Assembly: GCA_965112155.1 (NCBI GenBank)
Contig: OZ218102.1
DNA: 64,000 nucleotides
Source: Podarcis liolepis
Taxonomy: Eukaryota
Strand: one strand, 5' to 3'
Shown: one piece after another, positions 36,483-48,697 of the stretch
Layout of the letters: every line of letters starts with the position of its first letter
Numbering within the stretch: position 1 is the first letter of the stretch
The notes under the pieces: generated by a model
What the model was told of the DNA's origin: nothing
Databases searched by the model: none
Seen by the model: the letters and a program-made list of their open reading frames with translations, nothing else
Position numbers and translations under genes: made by a program

Positions 36483-37630
36483 AGAATCATAGAATTGTAG
36501 GATTTGAAGGGGCCACAGGGATTATCTAGTCCAGGGGTCCTCAAACTTTTTAAACAGGGGGCCAGTTCACTGTCCCTCAGACACTGCTGGGGGCCAGACT
36601 ATAGTTTGAAAAAATATGAACAAAATACAGAGCTACAAAAACAATTTAACAGCAATAATGACTAATAGTGATGATGCACATTAAACAAGGGGAAGCCCAT
36701 TTTAAAACCTGGTCATGGCTTCTAAGAGGAGTAGTATGTGCTTCAAATGTGTGGTACTTTAAAGGCATTGCACATGGAGCTGAGAGACATTTAAAGATGA
36801 ACAACATACATAGGTGGCCCAGACCAAAGCCCTTTAAAGTCTCACGTGACCAAAAGTCCTTAAAGAGAATTTACATCCTCAGTTTGAGGGTCCAGGGACC
36901 CAGCGCTTGCAAGCGGAACAAACAAAAGGGGGGAAAACCCCATTGAGTTTGGACATTGTGTGAAAAACAGCTTTAAAAAAAATAGTAATTCTGGGAAGCG
37001 AGGGAAGCGGGCTTGGTGGGTAGAAGCGTATACTGATGACGGGAAATGGGAGAATGAAAAGCAAAATGTGGCGCTCAAAACCAAATGACTGTTGAGGGAA
37101 TAGTTGAGTAAGAAACTGCCTTTGCACAAGAAAGACGAAGAAAAGGAAACCGGGGAAAGAAAGGGAAGCAAGAGGAGAGGCTTTTCGGTTGAAACTGCCA
37201 GGAAGCAAAGCGGGGAGGGCGGGAAGTGCCAAGTGGAGAAAGGAGCGTGGAGTGAGAGAAAACTTCGGGGCTCAGTCCACAACAGCCTCGCCGCTCCTGG
37301 GGCTCCTCCATACCTCGTCAAGCTAGAGCAGCCTCTCTCCCGGCCGATGGGTCCTCGCCTTCCCCAGCCCTCTGGACCCGCGTGTTCCCTGGCGCCGCAC
37401 ACCATGTTCCTGTGCCACTAAAGTTTTGGGCCAAGACCCATTAGACAGTGGTGGGTTCTGCACTTGCCGGGCGGGCTGGGTTCAGGACCCTGGTGGGCCG
37501 GATCTGGCCCGCGGACCGTAGTTTGAGGACCCCTGATCTAGTCCAACCCCCTACAATGCAGGAATCTTTGCCCAATGTGGGGCTCAAACCCACAACCCTG
37601 AAATTAAGAGTCTCATGTTGTACTGACTGA
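36483..37630 (-). mobile_element. tRNA-derived SINE with CR1-like ATTCTATG tail, split by the hAT element
   Basis: tRNA-Lys-like head at about 37570-37630 and tail at about 36483-36531; contiguous once the hAT element is removed. Confidence 0.8.
36532..37535. mobile_element. Non-autonomous hAT (Charlie/OposCharlie1-like) element, 1004 bp, nested in a SINE
   Basis: Perfect 16-bp TIR CAGGGGTCCTCAAACT; 8-bp TSD ATCTAGTC at 36524-36531 and 37536-37543. Confidence 0.92.
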
Positions 37631-40600
37631 TCTATATGATGGCTATATGCATATAGCCAATGCATATCATCACAGAATTCAGGACAAAAAACAAATTTTA
37701 GGAAATATTTTCCTGCTTTACAGATATGGAACTCTATGGCTGAGATGACTCTCAACCTCAGCATGTGAATCTATTATAGAAAACTAAAACATAAACATAA
37801 GTGCCCTTTATCACTATTCCCACTCCTATTTTCAGCAGACATCACAGACACAGGAAACATAGAGACACAAACATTCTGCAGAATAAACACAATCCAAAAC
37901 TAGCTGAAACTATCAAAAAAAGCATCAAAATAATCAAGCCTATTATAATATAAATTATCATAATTTCCAAGTACAATTAAAATTCCAACCCTGTCCTGGT
38001 GAGTGCAGTAAAATTGGTGGGATGACACACTGTCACCTCTCCCACTCACGAGCCACTGCTGCAGCACTGCGTGAGCAACACACATGCACACACAACACAC
38101 TGATGAAGAGAGCTTACTCACTGTTTTCTTTGCCACTGTCTAGTTGCCAAGCTGCCGCAGTTCTCTTCATTACTAAAATGTCCAGAAATAGCTCACTCTC
38201 CACTCACCGCTCACCCTGGCATCACCAATCACAGATAAGGAAGACAAGCCCACAACTCCAATCACAGACAAGGCAGCTTGCATAAAACTACTACTGACCT
38301 GCCCAGCTATTGCTACCACCACTGCCACTAAGCTCAACATGATATGTATGTAGGCTCTTCATGCTCCCATATCTGAATTAAATAACAACAACAACAACAA
38401 CAACAATAATAATTGTATCTCACTTTTCCAACCACAATATTGATCTCAAAGTGGCTCACAACAATGCCAATAGCATTTGTTGCAATTATCTGACCCTTTC
38501 TGTGCCTTTGCAAGGGTCAGAACTCACATGAGATCAGGTTTAGGATACATCACTAAGCATGATATGAAAGCTGCATTTAAGGAAGGGTCAGAAGTCTACC
38601 ACAATCCATCCTACAGTAAACCAGTGGACTGCCTTGCCCCTGCCTTAGGCAAAGTCCTGTCTCTCTAGATGGTGCCCACAATGAACTAATCTTCATAAAT
38701 GTATGCACTAACAATTTGATTTTCTCACTTCTCCTGGCTAGTTGTTATCTCTCAGTATTAAGACACAGCATCCTGCTCTTGGCAAAACTATTCTCATGTT
38801 AAAATAAATAGGTTAAATAAGCTGGATAACAACTTGCGAAAATAAGGAATAACTAATTTTACTTAAGAGCAGAATAGGTCTTCTTCACCAATGAGCAACT
38901 GCAAGCATGAAAATTCATGAAAGCAGCTGTTTTTATTCCAAAACATTACGTAAATCCCCATGCTTCAATCTCTCTGGTATTTGCTACCTTTTCCTTCACT
39001 CATTTTCGCTATGCTGTTTATATTAATTTCCTCACTTGATTTATATCAAAAGGAATCCTTACCCATTGTTGTCTCCAGGTCTTTCCCAACATTTTTCAGC
39101 TGCCCTGAAAACTCTCAAAATGAAGCAGTGACTTTGGCCAAGCGTGTAGTGAAATGTCCTTTTATCAGAATAGATGTCACATTGACCACAACAGACAGAA
39201 AAATAACTTAATGATATACTGGCTGGGTTTTAGATTAGCTTGAAATACACAGACACATACCAAGAGATAGAGGTGGTCTCAGTGCATCTGCTAAATATAG
39301 CTATCCTGATGCAGCATTCTTTTGCAAGCAGCCAACACTGGAGTGTGATAGGGACTGATAACTATAGCTGTTTCCTCTTTACTCACATCCTGCTTGAAAA
39401 CAGGCCTATGAACAATTTGTCAACCTTGAGCTCCCCAAGAGACTGTCAAGTATTTATAAACAGCAAGAAGCATAACGGAAGCTGCTTATTTTTGTAAAAA
39501 ATAAAAAAATTAAAAAATCAGTTCACAGATCTCATTAATACTAACAGGGCTCAGGAGCTTGTTACTACAAGGTGAAAAACATATATATATGACAAAGCAC
39601 TTTAATATCACTTGGGAAAATTTGCAGCTTCGCTTACCATCGTGCAAAAGTTATGCTTTCAATCTGAATGCACCCCACTAAATTTAACCTTGATGTTTGT
39701 TCACAGCTGGTCTGGGCTCTGACAGAATCCTATAAATGTGTAATATTGTCTTTCCATATTAACTACTGTTCCTAGCAATGCAAAGCAATTGCAAGCACTG
39801 TTGTCACAGGTAGAACTTTTATTCACAGGTGACATACAAATCACATAGCTACTGGCGGATTTAAAAAGATGATACAAATACAATTAAATTGAATTTCTGT
39901 TTTCACAAGGCATGCTAACAGTGGATAAGACATGCAAGAGTTCTTTAAATAGCAGGTATGAAATCAGTATTCAGTTCAAAATTTCACTCATTTGGGGCTT
40001 TATGTTCCAAGAAATATCAATCAGTTGTAGCGCTTGGATTGTTTCCCCCACTCCTGTTCACTTTATAGGCCACCCCTCTGTGCTATCATGGCACAAACCC
40101 TGATCCAGTACCTGTAGCTTGAGAACTGTACAAACATAATGGGGAAGAAAAAAGGGGAGCCTGGCTGTGTCTGTGGAAAAGCCAGATACGTCTGTTTTCC
40201 TGTTTTCTAAATACAGCTGCTTCCCTGGTTCTACACAAGTAAAACAACTGACCATACCAATTCACAAGCAGATTCTGGATTAGTAGTGTGCTTTACTAGA
40301 AAAGATGAAATAAAAACAGAATTTAAAATATAGGAGAATGGAAATGGCAGAGCATTTCTCAGTGGAACTGGATAGCCTGGATTGCCTCATTCAGGTTCCG
40401 TGATAGACACATGCCCTTCTTCGTCTCCCACCTAAGGTGGAGGCACTGCTGGTGTCAAAGGTCTTTTCAGTACCTGTCCCATATTGTGGGACACTTTGCT
40501 CCATGAAGCATGGATGCCCCCCACCCCCACTCTGCCTGACTTCTTCTGGCTAAGATTTTTATTCTGGCAAGCTAGCTTGCTAAGGTCATTTGCAATCTCT

Positions 40601-42240
40601 GCTGTTGTCACTTTCAAATTTTGTGCGCTTTATTGTTGCATTTAATTTTTTTTATTGCATTGCGATTTTAAATTGTTGTAAGCTGCTATGAGTGCTGCAT
40701 AGGTACTAGAACAATGGAACAGATGTAAGCCCACAGCGTGTGTACATTTAAATTGTGGGCATTCAGCTTTATGCACGTGGGGAAAAAATAAAAATAAAAA
40801 GGGGGGAGAGGTTCTGGGGAAAAATGACTTGGGCAATCCCACCTGCCATTTAACCCAATGTGTTTTGACTATACGTGATTTTGGCTTTAGGCGCAATCCC
40901 CAGACTGTAACGCCCACGCAAGATGTTAGCTTACTGTAAAAATAAAATAAAAGTAGAGGAAAGGTAATATTGGGAAGGATCCAGACCAGGGCATGTGGTC
41001 ATTCTACTTGTGGGCAAGAGGTTCCAAGCTGCCTCCTCTAAGAAGCAGCACCCCACACCTCCTAAAAAGCCTTCACAAAATTTGGGAGGCCCTCCAGGGT
41101 GGCATCTCATAAAGGATGTTATTGGTAGGCATCTGGGCCTGCACTGAGAGAAGAAGTGATTCTGCTTGTAATGAGATCTCTCCTTATGTTACTCATCATT
41201 ATTTATGTGGTAAGTGCTAGCTAACAGGTGCCCACAACAGCTTTTACACACATCTATTTCAGCACTGCTGACCACACACTGCTGCGAAGTAGTTTCATTT
41301 TTTCTTCAAGGCACTGCTTGAAGTGCTACATAAACTTGCAAAACTGGTTTGACTGAAAATATGGCGGGACAAAGGGGAAATGAATGTTTGAACAGTAAGT
41401 AATGAGGGCTGCACAATGCTACCTTCAGGTCTCTAAAAAGTTATCATCTGCACACTGGCAGAAAAACAAAGGCAGTTTTCTTAAGACATTCTAGGAACAA
41501 GTGAAGTAACTTTATGGTTGTTTCCCTTGCTAATATTTATATGTCAGTCATGCCCACAGATAAAGTTTATATTCCATCTTGCTGTCTCTGTCTCTTTATC
41601 TTTTCTGAGGTTACCGTGGAACAGCTGACATGAGACTGCTTTCTCTGGGAAAAAAATAATCTCCCAACCCAGGGTCAAATTCCTTTCTCCATCTGGAAGT
41701 TTATTCTGAACAAGTCAGAATTTCAGCAAATCCAACAACAGATTCGTATTTGCAAAAGTGCAAGGAAAAGTGAGAAGTTAGCAAAGCAAAAAAAGAAAAG
41801 ATAAAAGCAACTGCACTGTTCCCTATCCATGGAAACTAAAATTTCATTTTCAAGTCCCCAAACTGTATTTTGCAACTCAGTCTGAGTAACACAGGCCAAC
41901 CAGGGTTTTTTTAAATGGACTTAGATGTGACATATTCATCATCACACTTCATAAGCATCCCTCCTGCATTCTCCTTTTAATCTCAGCCCTTGACCATGAG
42001 GTGGCCACCCAGACCTGTGATCATAATCTGAGGTCCTTCTTCATGTGCAACTCAAGAATGGGCCTTTTCTGCAGTGGCTCCCTGCTCGTGGAATGCTCTC
42101 CCCAAGGAGGCTCACCTGGGGCCTTTGTTACATATCTTTAGGCGCTAGGTGAAAACATTCCTTTTCTCCCAAGCGCTTGGCTAATTAAACAATCAATGGC
42201 CTTTTAAACTGTGGTGGGTATTGTTTTTGTTTGTTACTAT

Positions 42241-42241
<1 letters not shown>

Positions 42242-42279
<38 letters not shown>
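42242..42279. repeat. (GT)n microsatellite
   Basis: Direct read. Confidence 0.95.
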
Positions 42280-42281
<2 letters not shown>

Positions 42282-44174
42282 TAAGCTGCCCTGTGATATT
42301 TTGGTGAAGGGCGGTATAGAAATTTAATACATAATAATAACAACCTATTGCTTCCAGCATTCATGGCCAGCATTACAGATCACTGACATTTGTTTTGTAC
42401 TTCCTAGGACAATGATTCCAAGCCACTAGGCCACAGGGTCTTAACAGATGAAGTCCTCTGGTACTGGTTATAGAAGATTGCCTGCTGTGTAAATCAGGCA
42501 TAATCAAGTGCTAGTAAGTGTTGTTGAGCTGTTGAAAACACTTTCACTGTCAGCTCAGAGAAGCCGAAGCTCAAACATCATTACGGTTCAGAACAAGAGG
42601 TGTTATGGTATCTTACATGTATCTTTAACTGATTTACTGGGCATCCTTCTTATGGGTAGTAGGTTTATTTGAACAGAAAATGTGGCAGACATGGATAACT
42701 CCTAAAATAACAACTCAGGACTTCATATTTGGGTTCGTGGTCCAATGGAGTATAAATGAATAGGCGAGAATGCAAAACAGACAATAGATAGCTGAAATGT
42801 GGAACATGAATATGGTATGTAACTTCAACCAAACTTTTGCAACAAAAACCACTGGGGCACAGCATTTACCTCATTTGGACATAACTGTAAATAATTGTTT
42901 AGAGTGGTGATCTCTCTTCATTTACTCCATCCTGCATGGCCACAAGAAGATCAATAAGCATTTGCTTCCATTTTCAACTGCTCAATTTTATGTCCAAACT
43001 GGGAACTGCAGGTAGTACTTACTACTGTTTATCTGAACAAGCCAGGATTGTAAACCAGTTTGAAGCTGGTTTGTTCATACAAACCTTAATTAAACTAACA
43101 AAAATATGTTCCCGTTTGGAAATATTAATAAAATGGGGTTAGTTGAAACCAGGAAGCAGAAACCAAAAGCAAAATCTCCTTTTCCTGCTCTGCTCAATCT
43201 TGTATTTTATGTAAAACTTTTTGGAAAAAAGAGAAATCTATTGCCATCATTGTAGCATTTCTGTCTCAAAATTCTAGTTGTTGCCTGATGAAAGAACTTC
43301 AAATTTTCATCACAGTCACCTGTTCATATAAGCAAACAATTGGGACCAAACGTTTTGAAAAACTGAAGTACATTAAAGCAGATTATGCTGAACATAGGTT
43401 ACCAACCAACCAGCCATGAACAAAGGCAAAGATTGGGTGTTAAATTCTCTACCAGTAAAACAACTTTCCTTTCCAAGAGAACAAAATCTTTTTACAAACA
43501 ATCTCAATCTCCTTTTCCTTCCCATTTCTTTACTCAGTGATGAATAACCATGATCCATCTCTTCTTCAGTTTGACTGTTCCTGAAATGTGTCAGAATGGA
43601 TGATTCTGAGTTGCAAGTTGGATATGCATTCATAGTAAACTGTACAGAAACACCCTTTCAACAGTAAATAATTCCATAAAGTACTATTGTCGGAGATCTA
43701 AAATAATCCGCAGAGCAATTCTTTGGTAAATACTGATTAAATATTTCAACCTTAACTCATGAAACTAGAATATGTTTACCAAAGGTCTGCCTCTTAAGTT
43801 ACACCTTCAACAGAAACACTGAGCTATTGAGACTATGCAAATGATAAAACAATATCTAGAAATACTCAGATTTACCAGAATCTAAGCCACCTGCACTGAA
43901 AACAGTGTAAAATGAAGTCATTTATTTCTAGCCCTATTATTTATAGACGACAAAAATCTTGTGCATATCTTACTACTGAAGTTGTTAATGCTAACATAAA
44001 GGATTACCTACTTGGAAATCAAGTCCACACCCAAAGGCAATTTTCTGTGGTTCCCAGTGGCTCTACTCGTTTTGAATTAAAGCCATTTTTCAGGTGGTAA
44101 GCAACTTTGCTGTTACATCCATCTTTCAAATTTGAATGCAGCAAGTTTGTAATATGTAAATATTTTTATTTTTA

Positions 44175-44556
44175 GGGGACGCGGATGGCGCTATAGTCTA
44201 AACCACAGAGCCTCTTGGGCTTTCTGATCAGAAGGTCGGCGGTTCAAATCCCCACGACGGGGTGAGCTTCCATTGCTCGGTCCCAGCTCCTGCCAACCTA
44301 GCAGTTCAAAAGCACGCCAAAAAGTGCAAGTAGATAAATAGGTACTGCTCCGGCCAGAAGGTAAATGGTGTTTCTGTGCGCTGCTCTGGTTTCGGTGTTC
44401 TGTTGCCCCAGAAGCAGCTTAGTCATGCTGGCCACATGACCCAGAAAAACTGTCTGCGGACGAACGCCAGCTCCCTCAGCCTGTAAACCAAGATGAGTGC
44501 CGCAACTCCAGAGTTGTTCACGATTGAACTTAACTGTCAGGGGTCCTTTACCCTTT
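44175..44556 (+). mobile_element. Sauria SINE
   Basis: GGGACGCGG.TGGCGCT head, GCAAGTAGATAAATAGGTAC core, TTTACC tail. Confidence 0.9.
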
Positions 44557-46022
44557 TATGTGTACACAATGCTATGCCTGACCACAGAGGCTCCAATGGC
44601 ATCAAATTTATTATGAAACTTGGTCATTTTTGATGACCCCTCCCCACACTAGAGAGGGCAGAATGTGCTCCCATCCAAGAATCGATAACCTGTCCAGTAT
44701 TGTTCTATATAACATTACCATATTGTCAAAACTACCTTACATCTTCTCTCTTTCTCCAGGAGAGACTATAATACATATTTTCTTGGGATAAAACACTTGG
44801 ATGTTATTTTCACAGGAGTTTTATTTTTAAATGGAGAACTAGTTTATGGACTTAAAAAGGAACAAGAAAATGTAAAAATGCCTCTGGCTTCTGAGCAGCA
44901 AGGGACCACTTACTATCTCTACACTCCCAGAATTAGGTCGATTCACTGGCCAGCTCCACCCCTTCCCTGTCCCCCTTCCCCAGCTCCCCAATATTTCTGG
45001 AGTAGTAAATCAGAACTGCTTCTGATTTTTGTAACTGTAAAAGATTTTTGCTTGTTTAACTAATTTAAGGTATGCAATGTCCATTTAAGATTTTATAGAA
45101 GTATAAATGTTTCATGGTGGCAGAGCCGATACTTGAGTCACAACAGCCAAGGTAGTGTAGCGGTTAAAATTCACTGGGTGGCCTCGCATAAGCTACTAAC
45201 CTACCTCACATGGTAACCCGTAAAGTACCCTAAGCTACATTATAAGGGAGACTAGAATGTTACTATGAGTTCCTTGGAAGAATGAGATACAATTGTAACA
45301 ACAAAAGAAAAGAAAAAATGTAATATGTATAACCAAGCATAAACAACGAGTGTACTAATTCGTACAGAAATGTGCTGTTTGCAAGCCTGAAAACAAATTA
45401 TCCAGATTTGCCAGAAACAATGGAACAAATCAGAACTTAATGCTCGGTGCTGCTATTTAACATAAAGAAAGAAACCTTCAGTATTTGATTTCTCTTCAAA
45501 CAAAGCAGAACATATCCATTTCATCAGAGAAGTACTAGAGACCAAGGTCTAATTCAAATGTCAATATACGGTACTATATTGCCTACCTCATCCTTACCTA
45601 GTTAAATTACATTCAAGATAAGATAAACAGTGAAAACAAAAATGCCTAAGTCCAAGAATAAAGCAATATATAACTTATTCAAGATAGGGAGAAAGTAACA
45701 AATTTGATTGCTACAGCCCCTTACGCAGAACTAAAACTATGGCTACTTAACAACAAATGTGCAAAACGAAAGTAGACCCTCACCAAATAAGTGTTTCAAC
45801 ATAGTCAAGATTCTGAAATTGACAGACGCAATGCCTAACCCAATGTAGGAATAAATTAACACAAAAGTAGTCAAACAGTCAGACACCAAGGAAATAGCCT
45901 AAGTGTCACCTCATTGCTTATTTTTAGCATTTGTGAGTCATTTTGAAAAATATTTTCAAAGTGACATGCAAAAAGATAAACCAGTAACATTATATGATTA
46001 AAATACTAAAAATCAAGCATTA

Positions 46023-46069
46023 GGAAGGAAGGAAGGAAGGAAGGAAGGAAGGAAGGAAGGAAGGAAGGA
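46023..46069. repeat. (GGAA)n microsatellite
   Basis: Direct read. Confidence 0.95.
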
Positions 46070-46245
46070 CCAATTTAAATAGCAAACAGCAATCCAATCA
46101 AGAGTTGATATTAAAATGCACTAAAACCTAGATCATTAGGGGCCAGTTAAAAGCCACAGTGAACAGAAAATCTAGTGTCTAAATTAAAAGAAAAGAAGGT
46201 ACCTCACAGATCTGTTCAGGAAAGGGTAGGGCAGTTCAGGATATC

Positions 46246-46247
<2 letters not shown>

Positions 46248-46294
<47 letters not shown>
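46248..46294. repeat. (GT)n microsatellite
   Basis: Direct read. Confidence 0.95.
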
Positions 46295-46296
<2 letters not shown>

Positions 46297-47561
46297 GCCT
46301 ACCCCACTCTGATTTATAAGGTGTCATCACTAAAAACAACCTCTCCATAGTAGCCACCAGATCAAGTGATATATACCACTGATCCCTACTTCTTAGCAGG
46401 TATATTTTAAGAATGTATTTTCTCCATATTATTACAACAAGTGGTTATAGGTACCAGTATAGCTTTGGGCTCAGCCTGTTTCCAAAATTTGTTTCTCTCA
46501 GATTTCTCCCTATACTGCCCAGGGACTGTACATTTTCAAGATTATTAAGTGGGTAACTTACCAAGTCAAGGACTACTGATTGGCCTCTTAGCAGATTTTG
46601 CAGAGGATGAGGTAGGAAACTCAAGCTCAGGGGGTAGTGCTTCAATGGTGTGGGTGTGTTTCCTTCTTTTCCTACAGAATATGGAAGTCAGCTAAATGCT
46701 GTTGAGATTGACTGGCTCTGTAGGCTGGAGTGGTAATTCTGCAGGAAGTAAAAATGCACGCCCCTCCCTGTTGGCAAACATACAGGTATTGGAATGTGCA
46801 TTAGTCTTTGGTGGTGTACAGGATGTGGGCAGACTGAAGGATTTCAGTTGAATGGCTACAGCTAGAATAAAGAATTTAGTATTCTGGCAGGCATGCCACT
46901 TATATTAAAATAGGGCAAACTGCATACTATGGAAGTGGGTGGGTTCCCAAGTGTTTGGTAATAATGGAGGGCTATTATTCTATCACATGTTACAACTCTT
47001 ATAATCTCCCCCACTTGATGAATGTTGGGATTGCTTTCATTGCTGCAGTGAGATTTGGGCATACTGAGGCAAGCAAATTCTGGTCCAGATTTATACTTGA
47101 GTGCCATTGGTGACAGGTAAGGGGGTGAAGCACCTTATAGAGAGTGAATGGCTAAGCAAGACCATTCTTCCTCCATGTATCTTTTGAGGACTAGATGTGT
47201 TCTCATATATCTTGCCACAGCACTTTACAGCTGGAGTCACAAACTGGTAGACCTGCTCCTGTCTGACAACACAATGGTCTACCCCATTCACAGACTGTTT
47301 CACACCATCCCATTCCCTATTCCCATGCATACCTCAGTGCCTGGCTCTGTCTTAAAGGGTCCAGCTCCACCCACATTCAGTTGGCATTTATGCTTAGAAG
47401 TTGTGGGCTAGGATATCAGTGGTATTCTAAGATGCCCTGAGCCCACTTTGATCTCCAGGATAACCAAGCCCCCCCCCCCAATGCAATTTCATTGCCTTTC
47501 TGCAAATATACAAATATTTTCCTACAGCAAATTGTTAAAAGCCCAGAGTATACTCTCATAC

Positions 47562-47937
47562 GGTAAGAGGTAAACGACCCCTGGACAGTTAAGTCCAGTC
47601 AAAGGCAACTATGGGGTGAGGTGCTCATCTCGCTTTCAGGCTGAGGGAGCCAGTGTTTGTCCACAGACAGCTTTCCAGGTCCTGTGGCCAGCATGACTAA
47701 ACCGCCTCTGGTATGACAGAACACCATAATGGAAGCCAGAGAGCACAGAAACAGTGTTTACCTTCCTGCCGCAGCAGTACCTATTTATCTACTTGCATTG
47801 GTGTACTTTCGAACTGCTAGGTTGGCAGAAGTTGGGACAGAGCAACAGGAGCTCACCCCATTGCGCGGATTCGAATAGTTGACCTTCCAATCTGCAAGCC
47901 TAAGAGGCTCAGTAGTTTAGACCACAGTGCCACCCGC
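47562..47937 (-). mobile_element. Sauria SINE (near full length)
   Basis: Reverse-complement match to 44175-44556. Confidence 0.88.
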
Positions 47938-48145
47938 AAGTAGATAAATAGGGCGGAAAGGTAAACGGCATCTGACACTGTGTTGCGTCGCACCAGAAGC
48001 GGTTTAGTCATGCTGGCCACATGACCTGGAAAGTTGTCTGTGGACAAATGTTGGCTCCCTCAGCCTGAAGATGAGTTGAGCACCGCACCCCATAGCTGCC
48101 TTTCACTGGACTTACGCATCCAGGGGTCGTTTACCTTTTTTACCT
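47936..48145 (+). mobile_element. 5'-truncated Sauria SINE, head-to-head with the previous copy
   Basis: GCAAGTAGATAAATAGG ... GGGGTCGTTTACCTTTTTTACC. Confidence 0.85.
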
Positions 48146-48455
48146 TACTCTCACAGGGAGACACTGAGGTGAGACATGACAGTTCTTTAAGTCCCAGTGA
48201 GTGTAGCAAGGCACATAGCACACCCTATATTTAAAGCAGAAAAATCTTTAAAACTAAGTCAGACTTATAGCAAACAAACAGTAACAAAGATATCTGTATG
48301 CCTTCAGGTTTATTTTTAAAAAGGTAACATACTTAACATTTTTGAACAAATAAGCAACCACTGATCTTGACTTCTTTTCTGCCACTAATGCATTATTAAC
48401 ACAATGCTACAGGATCAGGCAGGTACTTCCAGAAAACTCAGGCTGCAGACCTATA

Positions 48456-48697
48456 CAGTGGCACCTTGGGTTACATACGCTTCAGGTTACATACACTTCA
48501 GGTTACAGACTCCGCTAACCCAGAAATAGTACCTCGGGTTAAGAACTTTGCTTCAGGATGAGAACAGAAATCGTGCTCTGGCAGTGCGGCAGCAGCAGGA
48601 GGCCCCATTAGCTAAAGTGGTGCTTCAGGTTAAGAACAGTTTCAGGTTAAGAACAGACCTCCAGAACAAATTAAGTACTTAACCCGAGGTACCACTG
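48456..48697. mobile_element. 242-bp Tigger-like MITE
   Basis: CAGTGG.ACCT.GGGTTA TIRs, TA TSD; near-identical copy at 55039-55280. Confidence 0.9.

Noticed and set aside
36860-37421. 181-aa and 105-aa ORFs in the hAT element
   Set aside because: Low-complexity translations with no transposase motifs.
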